Positions 8,544 to 16,661 of a stretch of 64,000 bases of DNA are shown piece after piece (the stretch's first letter is position 1; the number at the start of each line of letters is the position of its first letter). Origin of the DNA: a virus; IMG/VR virus record IMGVR_UViG_3300020391_000003, positions 96,001-160,000 of that record; one strand, 5' to 3'. The notes beneath the pieces are model-generated. The model had not been told where the DNA came from. It made no database searches and was given only the letters and a program-made list of their open reading frames with translations. Both the position numbers and the translations under genes were made by a program.

Positions 8544-8954
8544 ATGGGATTAGATCAATACGGATACGCAGTTCCCAAAGAGGAATCTGAAGCTAGAAAC
8601 GAATTAGCTTATTGGCGAAAGCACAACAGGCTACAAGGTTGGATGGAACAACTTTGGAATGACAAAGGCAGACCAAATGCACAAACAGATGGTAATGCCA
8701 TGGGCGACTTTAATTGTGTTGACCTAGAGCTAGATGCCGATGACATTGATGCTTTGGAAGAAGCAATTGAAAATTTCGCTTTGCCCGAAACACAAGGTTT
8801 CTTTTTTGGAGATGATTCCTACCTATGGGAAAGTGAAGATGGCAATCCTTCTTCGGCAAATTATTTTCACAAAGAGCAGGACTTGCAATTCGTTGAAGAA
8901 GCAAGAAAAGCTCTTGACAAAGGCGACAAAGTTGTTTATCATTGTTGGTATTGA
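8544..8954 (+). CDS. Conserved phage hypothetical protein
   Basis: MGLDQY..YWRKHN..FNC..L motifs. Confidence 0.8.
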   Translation: MGLDQYGYAVPKEESEARNELAYWRKHNRLQGWMEQLWNDKGRPNAQTDGNAMGDFNCVDLELDADDIDALEEAIENFALPETQGFFFGDDSYLWESEDGNPSSANYFHKEQDLQFVEEARKALDKGDKVVYHCWY

Positions 8955-8956
8955 TT

Positions 8957-9157
8957 ATGAAAGAACTACAAGACATTATTAACGATCTGCAAGCTAGACT
9001 AGCAATAGTTGGTGGAGGCAGAATTATTATTACTAGCGATGATGTTTCAATTAGCTTGGGAGAAGAACACGAAAACTTTGAGGTTCAAGAAAAAAGTAGT
9101 TGTGATTCTCTGACCAATCCCGATGTTGAAATGTACAACCAAATGTGGGGACAATAA
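8957..9157 (+). CDS. Hypothetical protein
   Basis: Start moved to ATG 8957. Confidence 0.6.
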   Translation: MKELQDIINDLQARLAIVGGGRIIITSDDVSISLGEEHENFEVQEKSSCDSLTNPDVEMYNQMWGQ

Positions 9158-9158
9158 A

Positions 9159-9374
9159 ATGAACAATTACATTGATGCAATTTGCGAAGGACAACCTCTT
9201 GAGTTACCATCTTATGATCAAGACTCCGACATGTGGAGCCTTTGGTTTGAAGAATCAGATACTCCTTGGCATCCTTACTTTCAAAAAGATTTAATCGAGG
9301 TTCATTTCGAATCTCAAGCGGAAGCAGAAAGTGCTTATCACCATTACTCACAACCTAACGAAGGGATTTCATGA
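9159..9374 (+). CDS. Hypothetical protein
   Basis: Start moved to ATG 9159. Confidence 0.65.
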   Translation: MNNYIDAICEGQPLELPSYDQDSDMWSLWFEESDTPWHPYFQKDLIEVHFESQAEAESAYHHYSQPNEGIS

Positions 9375-9535
9375 ACAAGTCTAGAATCGAAAGATTAAGA
9401 ATGCAAGTTCGCGAAATAGGCCACAAGCTAGCAATCACTGAGAAACGTGGACTGCAAGGCAAGGACCATTTCGCTCAAAAAATTGCGCACGGTTTATTAT
9501 TGGACCAATTGTACAAGTTGGAAAAAAGAGTCTAA
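9371..9535 (+). CDS. Hypothetical protein (54 aa)
   Basis: Hand-translated; ATGA overlap. Confidence 0.6.
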   Translation: MNKSRIERLRMQVREIGHKLAITEKRGLQGKDHFAQKIAHGLLLDQLYKLEKRV

Positions 9536-9553
9536 AAGTTGACCTATTCGCGG

Positions 9554-9593
9554 GCGGGGGCCCCCCGCTAACCTATCCGGTTTTATTGTTGCA
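9554..9593 (+). repeat. G/C-palindrome element, copy B
   Basis: GCGGGGGCCCCCCGC then ATTGTTGCA; promoter TTGACA-17-CATAAT at 9620-9648. Confidence 0.7.
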
Positions 9594-9655
9594 TAATTCA
9601 ACTAAATGCAAAAAAGGTGTTGACAGGATCGCTCTTTTACTTCATAATTATACTT

Positions 9656-9832
9656 ATGAAAACAATTGATTGCACACCAACATGGAAAACAGCAGTAAGA
9701 ATTTTGACCGAAGTTCTTAAAAACCCAAAAGCCGGACACGCAGACAAGTCCAATGCCACAAACGAATTGCTTAGGCTTGCAGAGATTGTGGACAAACAAA
9801 ATGCACTTAATCGCAAAAAAAAGCTTGACTAA
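9656..9832 (+). CDS. Hypothetical protein
   Basis: Start moved to ATG 9656, after the promoter. Confidence 0.65.
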   Translation: MKTIDCTPTWKTAVRILTEVLKNPKAGHADKSNATNELLRLAEIVDKQNALNRKKKLD

Positions 9833-9853
9833 CACTAAAAAATTTCGTATAAT
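9825..9853 (+). promoter_or_regulatory. sigma70-type early promoter
   Basis: TTGACT-17 nt-TATAAT. Confidence 0.75.
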
Positions 9854-9892
9854 TAAAGCTTCAAAGACAATAACTCAAACCTTAAAAAAAGT

Positions 9893-10645
9893 ATGAATAA
9901 CAGAATTAATCTCTCAGTATGTGCCACAAAAGAATCTTCTTTCGAGGATGTCAAAGCAGTTGCCACTCCTCAAGCAACAGATTCATGGCAACCAATCAGT
10001 CACTCGTTTCTTGTGGATCGAGTTCAAAACCAAATGCAAGACAATGGTTGGGAAATCGTTAACACTTATCATTCTCTTCATCGTTATGGTCAGCGTTACT
10101 TTGGCTTGTTCCATGTTAAGAACACAGGCGTTGACAATGACGAGCGTGGAACTATTGTAGGACTTCGCAACTCGCATGACAAATGCTTTCCTGCAGGTCT
10201 TTGCATGGGCAATGCTCCATTTGTTTGCTCAAACCTTATTTTCACAAACGAGGTTGTTCTTGCTCGCAGACACACCAAAAACATTTTGAATGACTTGTCT
10301 CAAGTTATTGCTCGCACTCTTGGCAAAATGACTGAGACTTGGGCAAGCGATGAGCAACGCATTCAAGCTTACAAGCAGTACGAGCTTGGCAACGAGCAAG
10401 CTCATGACCTTGTGATTCGTGCGTATCAAAATGGTGCAATCAGCAAAGCTAAGATTGCAGATGTTGTTGAGCAATGGCACAAGCCCGAACACGATGACTT
10501 CTCTGAGAGAACCATGCACTCTCTTTACAATGGTTTCACTCACATTCTCAAAGGTGGTATTACCGCATTGCCAAATCGTTCTGTCGCACTTCATGGAGTT
10601 CTTGACTCCGAAGTTGGCTTGACCTCGCAAGTATCAGTTTCTTAA
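9893..10645 (+). CDS. DUF932-family protein
   Basis: WQPISH, LRNSHDK, FVCSNL motifs. Confidence 0.85.
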   Translation: MNNRINLSVCATKESSFEDVKAVATPQATDSWQPISHSFLVDRVQNQMQDNGWEIVNTYHSLHRYGQRYFGLFHVKNTGVDNDERGTIVGLRNSHDKCFPAGLCMGNAPFVCSNLIFTNEVVLARRHTKNILNDLSQVIARTLGKMTETWASDEQRIQAYKQYELGNEQAHDLVIRAYQNGAISKAKIADVVEQWHKPEHDDFSERTMHSLYNGFTHILKGGITALPNRSVALHGVLDSEVGLTSQVSVS

Positions 10646-10676
10646 TCTCAAACCTAAACCTAAACTTAAAATTATT

Positions 10677-10907
10677 ATGAGCATAGAACCAAAACTCCAA
10701 AATGTAGTTGACTCTCTCAAGGGTCGTTTCGTTTCCCTTCTTGTCAAAAAAGGCGAGCAAAGGAAAGTGTATTCCGCTAAGGTCATTAATGTCACACCTC
10801 GCAATGTGATGTTTCAAGACACCAATGGTGGAAATCGTCGGATCAATCGTCGCCATGTGCTTCGAGCCACTTGCTCAAACAAGACTTTCAAAAGGTCGGT
10901 GAGTTAA
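10677..10907 (+). CDS. Hypothetical small beta protein
   Basis: 76-aa ORF. Confidence 0.65.
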   Translation: MSIEPKLQNVVDSLKGRFVSLLVKKGEQRKVYSAKVINVTPRNVMFQDTNGGNRRINRRHVLRATCSNKTFKRSVS

Positions 10908-10911
10908 TTGG

Positions 10912-10960
10912 TTGCTCCAAATATGGAGTAAATTGCTCCAAATACGGAGCCAAATATGAG
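10912..10960 (+). repeat. Tandem GCTCC-AAATAY-GGAG hairpins (two complete, one partial)
   Basis: TTGCTCCAAATATGGAGTAA, TTGCTCCAAATACGGAGC, CAAATATGAG. Confidence 0.7.
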
Positions 10961-10984
10961 CCTCCCTTCGGGGAGGCTTTTTTT
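10959..10984 (+). terminator. Intrinsic terminator
   Basis: AGCCTCCC-TTCG-GGGAGGCT plus T-run. Confidence 0.9.
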
Positions 10985-11021
10985 GCGGACATCAACTGAC
11001 TGATTCAATTGCATTATAGCA

Positions 11022-11060
11022 CTATCAGGGCAGGGGGCCCCCGGCGATAGAATTGTGCAA
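11022..11060 (+). repeat. G/C-palindrome element, copy C
   Basis: GGGGGCCCCC (11033-11042) flanked by CTATC/GATAG, then ATTGTGCAA; promoter TTGACT-16-CATAAT at 11082-11109. Confidence 0.75.
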
Positions 11061-11116
11061 AAACTTAGTTGAATTTTAGACTTGACTTTGCAAGTTAATC
11101 TGTCATAATTGTAACC

Positions 11117-11857
11117 ATGATTAAGACAACTCTACTCACATCAGGTAATCAAAAAATTCTCAAAGGCGAGAAGATGGGTTACATCACCAAAGGAATTCAT
11201 CTTGCACCAGCAAATCTTGCAGGCTACGAAGTTTGCCAATGGCGTTCCAAAGGATGCACGGCATCTTGTCTCAACACAGCAGGTCGTGGACAAATGAATT
11301 CTGTTCAGCAATCACGCATTGCCAAGACAAAGTTATTTTTTGAAGAACGCAAAGAGTTTATGATTAAGCTTTGTAAAGAGATTGCAAGCACCATCAAGTC
11401 GGCACAGAAAAAGCGTATGCAAGCTGTTTTTCGTCTTAACCTTACGAGCGACATTAAATGGGAAGATGTGTTCATGAAAGATCCGGATTACAACATTTTC
11501 GAGTATTTTTACGCAATTCAATTTTACGATTACACCAAGTCTTTCAAAAGAATGTGTGCTTTTCTAGACAAGCCTTTTGCCAAGGATGAACCAAAATTTC
11601 CTTCCAATTATCATTTAACTTTTTCTCGCTCAGAACACAACGACAAAAAGTGTGAGATGGTTCTTGCAATGGGTGGTAATGTTGCGGTAGTATTTCGTAA
11701 TCAGTTGCCCAAAACTTGGAAAGGTTACGAAGTTGTTAATGGTGATGAAACTGATTTACGCTTCCTTGACAAGCGTGGCGTTGTTGTCGGGCTTATCGAA
11801 AAAGGCATGGCAAAGAAAGATCAAACAGGTTTTGTTCAGGAAGGAATTGACTCTTGA
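11117..11857 (+). CDS. GP88-family (gene product 88-like) protein
   Basis: VCQWRSKGCTASCLNTAGRG, RLNLTSDI, FYDYTK, YHLTFS, GDETDLRFLD motifs. Confidence 0.85.
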   Translation: MIKTTLLTSGNQKILKGEKMGYITKGIHLAPANLAGYEVCQWRSKGCTASCLNTAGRGQMNSVQQSRIAKTKLFFEERKEFMIKLCKEIASTIKSAQKKRMQAVFRLNLTSDIKWEDVFMKDPDYNIFEYFYAIQFYDYTKSFKRMCAFLDKPFAKDEPKFPSNYHLTFSRSEHNDKKCEMVLAMGGNVAVVFRNQLPKTWKGYEVVNGDETDLRFLDKRGVVVGLIEKGMAKKDQTGFVQEGIDS

Positions 11858-11882
11858 CATTTGAATTAAACTCAACTATTAT
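11854..11882 (+). promoter_or_regulatory. sigma70-type early promoter
   Basis: TTGACA-17 nt-TATTAT. Confidence 0.7.
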
Positions 11883-11888
11883 TAAAAC

Positions 11889-12050
11889 ATGGATTATTAC
11901 GAATCAGCCGAAGGAGAAATCATTTCAAAAGCTCGTGCCTTGAAAGAATTAGAAGATCATTGTTGCGAAGACATCGAGCAATTTTTTGATGATTTAGGAG
12001 ATCACGAAGAGTATGATGCCCAAAAAGTTTTGGCATGGTTGGGTTATTAA
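11889..12050 (+). CDS. Hypothetical protein (53 aa)
   Basis: Hand-translated MDYYESAEGEII..WLGY. Confidence 0.65.
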   Translation: MDYYESAEGEIISKARALKELEDHCCEDIEQFFDDLGDHEEYDAQKVLAWLGY

Positions 12051-12098
12051 TTTTAATTTAAGTGTTGACAAACAAACTCAATCTGTCATAATTAAATC

Positions 12099-12221
12099 AT
12101 GAAAGCAACCAAAGTCAAAGTAAGAATCCCGATGATTTTTACCAAGTCAAGACCTCACAAAGTCAAAGCTAGAACTTTGCACCGAAAACTAAAACACAAG
12201 GAAAAACTATGCGATTACTAG
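12099..12221 (+). CDS. Small basic peptide (40 aa)
   Basis: Hand-translated MKATKVKVRIPMIFTKSRPHKVK..; follows promoter 12065-12092. Confidence 0.55.
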   Translation: MKATKVKVRIPMIFTKSRPHKVKARTLHRKLKHKEKLCDY

Positions 12222-12451
12222 AAAACGAAAGCCTCGGCAAGCCCGAACAAAATGCTGATACGATTATGCAAATTTGCCTTGATCTTATTCACGATGTTTT
12301 GATTGCTCCTGCAAGAGCAAACGATACTCTTAGCCAAGAGCAAGAAGAAATTTTGAATGAAACTAGAAGCGTTCTTCTGATCATCGCAGACAAGGCAAGA
12401 ACTTACGAAAGAATATTTGAGGAAGGAGACAATGCAAGCCTCAAAAACTAA
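12209..12451 (+). CDS. Hypothetical protein
   Basis: 80-aa ORF. Confidence 0.65.
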   Translation: MRLLENESLGKPEQNADTIMQICLDLIHDVLIAPARANDTLSQEQEEILNETRSVLLIIADKARTYERIFEEGDNASLKN

Positions 12452-12641
12452 TAAATTCCTTATCACAAAAAGCAAAGACGGATGCGTAGTCGCAATCTCA
12501 GCAGACAAAAAGACTAGTCCGACAGATGTTTTTATTGGACAAACAACCATGCAAAAGAACATCAAGAATGGCACATTCGTCAAGCACTCAACCTTAACCT
12601 TTAACGACAAACCTCTTTATGTTTATTCTCAAGACCTTTAA
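12432..12641 (+). CDS. Hypothetical protein
   Basis: Start moved to ATG 12432 behind AGGAG. Confidence 0.6.
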   Translation: MQASKTNKFLITKSKDGCVVAISADKKTSPTDVFIGQTTMQKNIKNGTFVKHSTLTFNDKPLYVYSQDL

Positions 12642-12963
12642 TGATTTAAATTTTCAGCCTCACGCTCACGCAAAAGACATGGGCGTTCAAGCATCCATGA
12701 CTTTCGACAATGGGTATTCTATTAGTGTTGTCGCAAATGACGAAGGAGGCGATTGCTTTTACGGCAATCATCCCGACACTTACGAAGTTGCCGTCTTCAA
12801 TCAGCGTGGTGATTTTGTGCCATTACAACCTCACGATGATGTTCTGGGCTGGCAAGACTCTTTGCAAGTATCCAAGTTGATGTCTCAATTTCAGCAAGAT
12901 GGACTGCAACAAGAAAAACTTTTGCGTTCAATTAAAGATGAGGAGCAAAAGTCTCTGTTTTAA
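12619..12963 (+). CDS. Conserved-looking phage hypothetical protein
   Basis: FDNGYSISVV..YG..YEVAV motif. Confidence 0.75.
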   Translation: MFILKTFNDLNFQPHAHAKDMGVQASMTFDNGYSISVVANDEGGDCFYGNHPDTYEVAVFNQRGDFVPLQPHDDVLGWQDSLQVSKLMSQFQQDGLQQEKLLRSIKDEEQKSLF

Positions 12964-13040
12964 ATACAATAGTCAAATACAATTGCCAAATACACAAATA
13001 CAAATACAGTTATTGACAGCTGTATAATTGACCAATTTTA

Positions 13041-13080
13041 TTGCACAATCCGTCTGCGGGGGGCCCCCCGATCAGATCGG
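13041..13080 (-). repeat. G/C-palindrome element, copy D (at the convergence point)
   Basis: TTGCACAAT 13041-13049; perfect CGGGGGGCCCCCCG 13057-13070; CCGATC-A-GATCGG. Confidence 0.8.
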
Positions 13081-13100
13081 TCAACTTTTTGATCGTTTAG

Positions 13101-13175
13101 TTAAAAAAGCGGAGCGAGTGCCAAGAACATTAAGGTAGGCGGTAGTATTATGCAACTTATTTCGAAGATTGTCAT
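13101..13175 (-). CDS. 24-aa hydrophobic micropeptide MTIFEISCIILPPTLMFLALAPLF
   Basis: Hand-translated; SD AAGGAG upstream. Confidence 0.55.
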   Translation of the reverse strand: MTIFEISCIILPPTLMFLALAPLF

Positions 13176-13179
13176 TGAC

Positions 13180-13254
13180 TTATTCTCCTTTATCTGTGAC
13201 CGCTCTGATCATGCCGATTGTGAACGATACAACTAAGATTATGGTTAATTCCAC
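13180..13254 (-). CDS. 24-aa micropeptide (GTG) ELTIILVVSFTIGMIRAVTDKGE, paralogue of 7550-7624
   Basis: Hand-translated; SFTIGMIRA identical to the paralogue. Confidence 0.7.
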   Translation of the reverse strand: MELTIILVVSFTIGMIRAVTDKGE

Positions 13255-13256
13255 AA

Positions 13257-13547
13257 TTATTGATCTTCGAAGATTTCACGCATCGAACCACTTATGCAAT
13301 TCATGTCTGTGAGGTTTTCGTCATTGTCGAAGTCTTCATCTTCTTCAGCTTCGACTGCATCGAGAGAAACGAATTCGTCCTCGACATCGTTTTGATTTGC
13401 TTCGAGCAAACCATGTTCAATGACCAAGTCCTCGGCAAGCTTTTCAGCTTTGAGGTCTTCCATGTAATTTGCAAGTCTTGGATCGAGCTTGTTGTCGCTT
13501 TGAGCGACTGCGTTTGCGATGATTGCGAGTCTTTGTGATTCTGTCAT
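13257..13547 (-). CDS. Acidic hypothetical protein
   Basis: 96 aa with a D/E-rich tail; own promoter upstream. Confidence 0.75.
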   Translation of the reverse strand: MTESQRLAIIANAVAQSDNKLDPRLANYMEDLKAEKLAEDLVIEHGLLEANQNDVEDEFVSLDAVEAEEDEDFDNDENLTDMNCISGSMREIFEDQ

Positions 13548-13585
13548 GGTGTTAATTATAAGGATTTTAAGTAATGTGTCAAGCT

Positions 13586-13753
13586 TTAAGATTGAGAAAC
13601 TAGATCGAAAAGCATTTGAGCTTTTTGATTCTCGACAATTTCATCGAGTTCAATTTGAGCAGAGATTACAAGCTGTTGGCTTGAAATGCAACCTGCTTCG
13701 GCAAGTGGAGTGTGAAGGCGAATTATTTCTTTGAGTTCTGTGATTTTTTCCAT
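13586..13753 (-). CDS. Hypothetical protein (55 aa)
   Basis: Hand-translated MEKITELKEII..; own promoter. Confidence 0.6.
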   Translation of the reverse strand: MEKITELKEIIRLHTPLAEAGCISSQQLVISAQIELDEIVENQKAQMLFDLVSQS

Positions 13754-13783
13754 GATTCTATTCTAAGGATTAAAGGTTAAAGG

Positions 13784-13996
13784 TCAAGAAAAAAGATAAG
13801 GAAATTCTTCTTCATCAAAAAGCCCCAAAGCCTCAAAATCGTGTCTTTGAATCTCTTGCGTGAGCTTTGCGATCTCGTCTTGCAAGTGTTGCACATGAGC
13901 GGCACGAATCGAGCGAGTCGATTCCTTGCGTGAGCGATTGAGTTTATCTTGCCACCAAGCAAGATCTTTTTGGAGTTTTTCTAATTTCTTAATCAT
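13784..13996 (-). CDS. Hypothetical coiled-coil protein
   Basis: 70-aa ORF. Confidence 0.65.
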   Translation of the reverse strand: MIKKLEKLQKDLAWWQDKLNRSRKESTRSIRAAHVQHLQDEIAKLTQEIQRHDFEALGLFDEEEFPYLFS

Positions 13997-14015
13997 ATCT
14001 ACAAAAGGTTAAAGG

Positions 14016-14198
14016 TTAAGCAAAAAAAGGATGGATCTCAATTTGCCAAGGCATGAAGTTAAACCGATATTGAGAGCGGTACAACCTGCAAGTAATTAAC
14101 TTGCCAAGGCTATCTTTGCGGGCAAAGCCCACGACTTGAAAGGTTTTACCCTTGTGAACGCCATACTTGACGCGAACGACATCTTTTAATTTGAACAT
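14016..14198 (-). CDS. Small KOW/SH3-like protein
   Basis: FKLKDVVRVKYGVHKGKTFQVVG resembles a KOW motif. Confidence 0.5.
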   Translation of the reverse strand: MFKLKDVVRVKYGVHKGKTFQVVGFARKDSLGKLITCRLYRSQYRFNFMPWQIEIHPFFA

Positions 14199-14233
14199 AA
14201 TTTAAAGTAACATAGTTAAAGAGAAAAAGCAAA

Positions 14234-14422
14234 TTATTTTTTGCAGTTATTTATCATTGCCAAGCTGTCTTGAGCTTTCCATTCGTCAAGCCAAGCTTTA
14301 TTCTTTGCCAAAAGATCCCGGGCAATGCTGACCATTTCGGAATCGGTATCGTAGGCGATGATCTCCCGAAGGATTACCATCTCGGCTTTAACTTTTGAAG
14401 TGAGGCTAACTGATTTATTCAT
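14234..14422 (-). CDS. Hypothetical protein
   Basis: 62-aa ORF. Confidence 0.6.
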   Translation of the reverse strand: MNKSVSLTSKVKAEMVILREIIAYDTDSEMVSIARDLLAKNKAWLDEWKAQDSLAMINNCKK

Positions 14423-14540
14423 AAGTATAACATAGCAAAAAAAACCGAAAAAAGCGAGAAAAAAAACGCTATTATTTGCGTTTGTAGCGTAGCTTATAAG
14501 CTTATAAGCCGGACTTAAGATGTACTATTCGATTGCCTTA

Positions 14541-14580
14541 TTGCACAATCCGGCCTCCGGGGGGCCCCCGATAGAATCGG
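14541..14580 (-). repeat. G/C-palindrome element, copy E
   Basis: TTGCACAAT 14541-14549; CGGGGGGCCCCCG 14558-14570; CCGAT-AGA-ATCGG. Confidence 0.8.
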
Positions 14581-14587
14581 GTAACTT

Positions 14588-15205
14588 TTAAGCTATTTGA
14601 GGCAATTCAGACATTCTGGCTCTTAACGAAACTTGTCTTGCCTCCTTCTGCCATCTTTGTTTACTATTGCTCCATCTTTTTTCTCTTGAAGTATTGTTTA
14701 ATGAAAAAGTGCCATGGTGCATTTTATTAATCGAACTGCAAAGCTCTCTCGTTTCGCCTAGTGAAAAGGCTCTATTTTTAACATACTGAGATGCTTGACT
14801 CCAAATTGTTTTCATTTTTTGAATTTCTTTATTTACTTTTATTTTGAAAAATTGAACATCAACCAAATTGTTTGGATCGCCATCATGAAAACCAACAACA
14901 ACAACCAATCCTTTTTTGAAGGATTTTAATTTTCTTTCTACATCTCCAAGACTAATGAAAGCGTTTTTAATGTTGTAGTATTTTACTTCCCAATTTCCTT
15001 GCAGTTCTTCGGGAACATTGCCTTGAGCCACAATCTCGGCAGGAAAATCAACTTCTGCATTATGTTGTTCGTACTTTGGAAAATTGAATTGTTCGGCAAG
15101 GAAGTTCTCGAAAGCTTTTCCGTGCTTACCTTTTTGCTTATTGTGAGCTTTTATATTTCTGATATGTTTTCTGATCTTTGAGTAGTTTTTTTGAAGCAAT
15201 TTCAT
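14588..15205 (-). CDS. Putative PD-(D/E)XK restriction-endonuclease-like protein
   Basis: HGKAFE..EVDF..WEVK pattern. Confidence 0.45.
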   Translation of the reverse strand: MKLLQKNYSKIRKHIRNIKAHNKQKGKHGKAFENFLAEQFNFPKYEQHNAEVDFPAEIVAQGNVPEELQGNWEVKYYNIKNAFISLGDVERKLKSFKKGLVVVVGFHDGDPNNLVDVQFFKIKVNKEIQKMKTIWSQASQYVKNRAFSLGETRELCSSINKMHHGTFSLNNTSREKRWSNSKQRWQKEARQVSLRARMSELPQIA

Positions 15206-15266
15206 AATTTTTTAGTTTTAGCAATTTTGATTTATAGTTTATAGATTAAATATTTTTTACATAATG

Positions 15267-15356
15267 TCAATAGTTTTCTTCAGAAAAGATTGATTTCCAC
15301 ATGATGTAAAAAACAAAAGACCAAGGCAGTACAAGAAACAGGATATCATAATTCAT
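15267..15356 (-). CDS. 29-aa single-TM micropeptide MNYDILFLVLPWSFVFYIMWKSIFSEENY
   Basis: Hand-translated; hydrophobic helix plus acidic tail. Confidence 0.5.
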   Translation of the reverse strand: MNYDILFLVLPWSFVFYIMWKSIFSEENY

Positions 15357-15376
15357 GATTTATTTTGGTTGAGTTA

Positions 15377-15637
15377 TTAGTAAACGAATTGCTCGGTTGA
15401 GTCAACAAAGGAATGCTCGACGGAAACCTCTTCGGTGTTCCATGCGTTGCCTTCTAGGCGACGAGCTTCAGACAAAGCCCAAAAGTGATCAAGGTCTTGG
15501 TCAAGATGAGCCGAAACCTTGGTATTGAAAACTCTCGTTTCGGTTGGGTCTTCGACTGAAGACTGCACGATGCGAAGAGTGACATTGAGAAACTCGACTC
15601 TGCGAGTGGGAACATTTCTATTTGAAGTATTTAACAT
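15377..15637 (-). CDS. Hypothetical protein
   Basis: 86 aa; own promoter. Confidence 0.7.
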   Translation of the reverse strand: MLNTSNRNVPTRRVEFLNVTLRIVQSSVEDPTETRVFNTKVSAHLDQDLDHFWALSEARRLEGNAWNTEEVSVEHSFVDSTEQFVY

Positions 15638-15684
15638 AATTTTAATCTAACGAATTTTTTTGTGAAAGTCAAGAAAAAAGTTTA

Positions 15685-16146
15685 TTATTTTAATTCCCAA
15701 AGTTCGGGATGAGAAGCCCAATGAAAAACGAATCGACCTTGATTTTGTTGGGCAAATTCAATTTCAAACTGAGAAGGCTCCACACCATAACGCAAACGAA
15801 AGTTTGCCTCAGATGCAGAAATGCCAAGCTCTTTTTTAAGCTTAACAACTTCACCCATGCGTGGACGAGCAAGTTTGTTCTTGAAAGTTTTTTCAAGCTT
15901 TGGAGCTTTTGGAGCAAAGGTTGAGGAATCAACTTGAAAACGCTCGGGAGCGGATTCATTCCAAAGGGTAGCAACTTCGGCAGGGTCTTTGCCGTTTACA
16001 ACAAGGTTGTGAGCCATTGACTCAAGAGATTTGCGAGCATCTCTGCCACGACTCCAAACTGAGTGATCATCAGCAAAGTTGAAGAACCAATCATGAGATT
16101 CTAAAGCGTTTATAAAGTTTGTTAGAGCATTATCAATCTTAATCAT
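15685..16146 (-). CDS. Hypothetical protein
   Basis: 153 aa with LESHDWFFNFADDHSVW motif. Confidence 0.75.
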   Translation of the reverse strand: MIKIDNALTNFINALESHDWFFNFADDHSVWSRGRDARKSLESMAHNLVVNGKDPAEVATLWNESAPERFQVDSSTFAPKAPKLEKTFKNKLARPRMGEVVKLKKELGISASEANFRLRYGVEPSQFEIEFAQQNQGRFVFHWASHPELWELK

Positions 16147-16194
16147 AATTACAATGTAGCATAAAAAGTGTTAAAAGTCAAGAAAAAAATGAAT

Positions 16195-16341
16195 TTATTT
16201 TAGGGCTTCCACGATCATCTCAAGAGTCCAAAGGTGACCACCTGGGCATTCCCAAAGATCAAAAGCCTCAGACATCGGGCTTACTTGAATGCGAACAAGA
16301 TCATTATCTTGTATGAATTGTACTATTTCTTTATCTAACAT
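16195..16341 (-). CDS. Hypothetical protein (48 aa)
   Basis: Hand-translated MLDKEIVQF..; follows a promoter. Confidence 0.55.
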   Translation of the reverse strand: MLDKEIVQFIQDNDLVRIQVSPMSEAFDLWECPGGHLWTLEMIVEALK

Positions 16342-16371
16342 ACCTACAAACTAAACCATAAAACCCGAAAA

Positions 16372-16427
16372 GTCAAGAAAAACTTTCAACTATTTTATTG
16401 CACAATCCTGTTGCGGGGGGGCCCTCC
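16372..16427 (-). repeat. G/C-palindrome element, copy F, fused to a promoter cassette
   Basis: GTCAAGAAAAACTTTCAACTATTTTATTGCACAAT then CGGGGGGGCCCTCC; the promoter-proximal block recurs at about 16690 (variant) and 17970. Confidence 0.8.
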
Positions 16428-16451
16428 AGAGGATAAGATAACTTTTTAAAG

Positions 16452-16661
16452 CTATCCGTTATACTTGTATTTTTTGTCTTGCTCGTAGGCTTCTGCCCAC
16501 ATTGCAGCTTCGTGATCATCTGCGATCTCGACAATTTCAGCGTCATCGCCATAAGACTTGAGTCTTTCGCTTTTGAATTCTTCGATGTTTGCAATTCCAC
16601 CGAGTTCGAAGATTCTTTCTTTATCTCCGAGATAGTATTTGATTTTAACTTTCTTAAACAT
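16452..16661 (-). CDS. Hypothetical protein
   Basis: 69-aa ORF. Confidence 0.65.
   Translation of the reverse strand: MFKKVKIKYYLGDKERIFELGGIANIEEFKSERLKSYGDDAEIVEIADDHEAAMWAEAYEQDKKYKYNG

Noticed and set aside
7731-16427. G/C palindromes as integron attC sites
   Set aside because: No RYYYAAC/GTTRRRY ends, no integrase in the window, and the genes have their own promoters.
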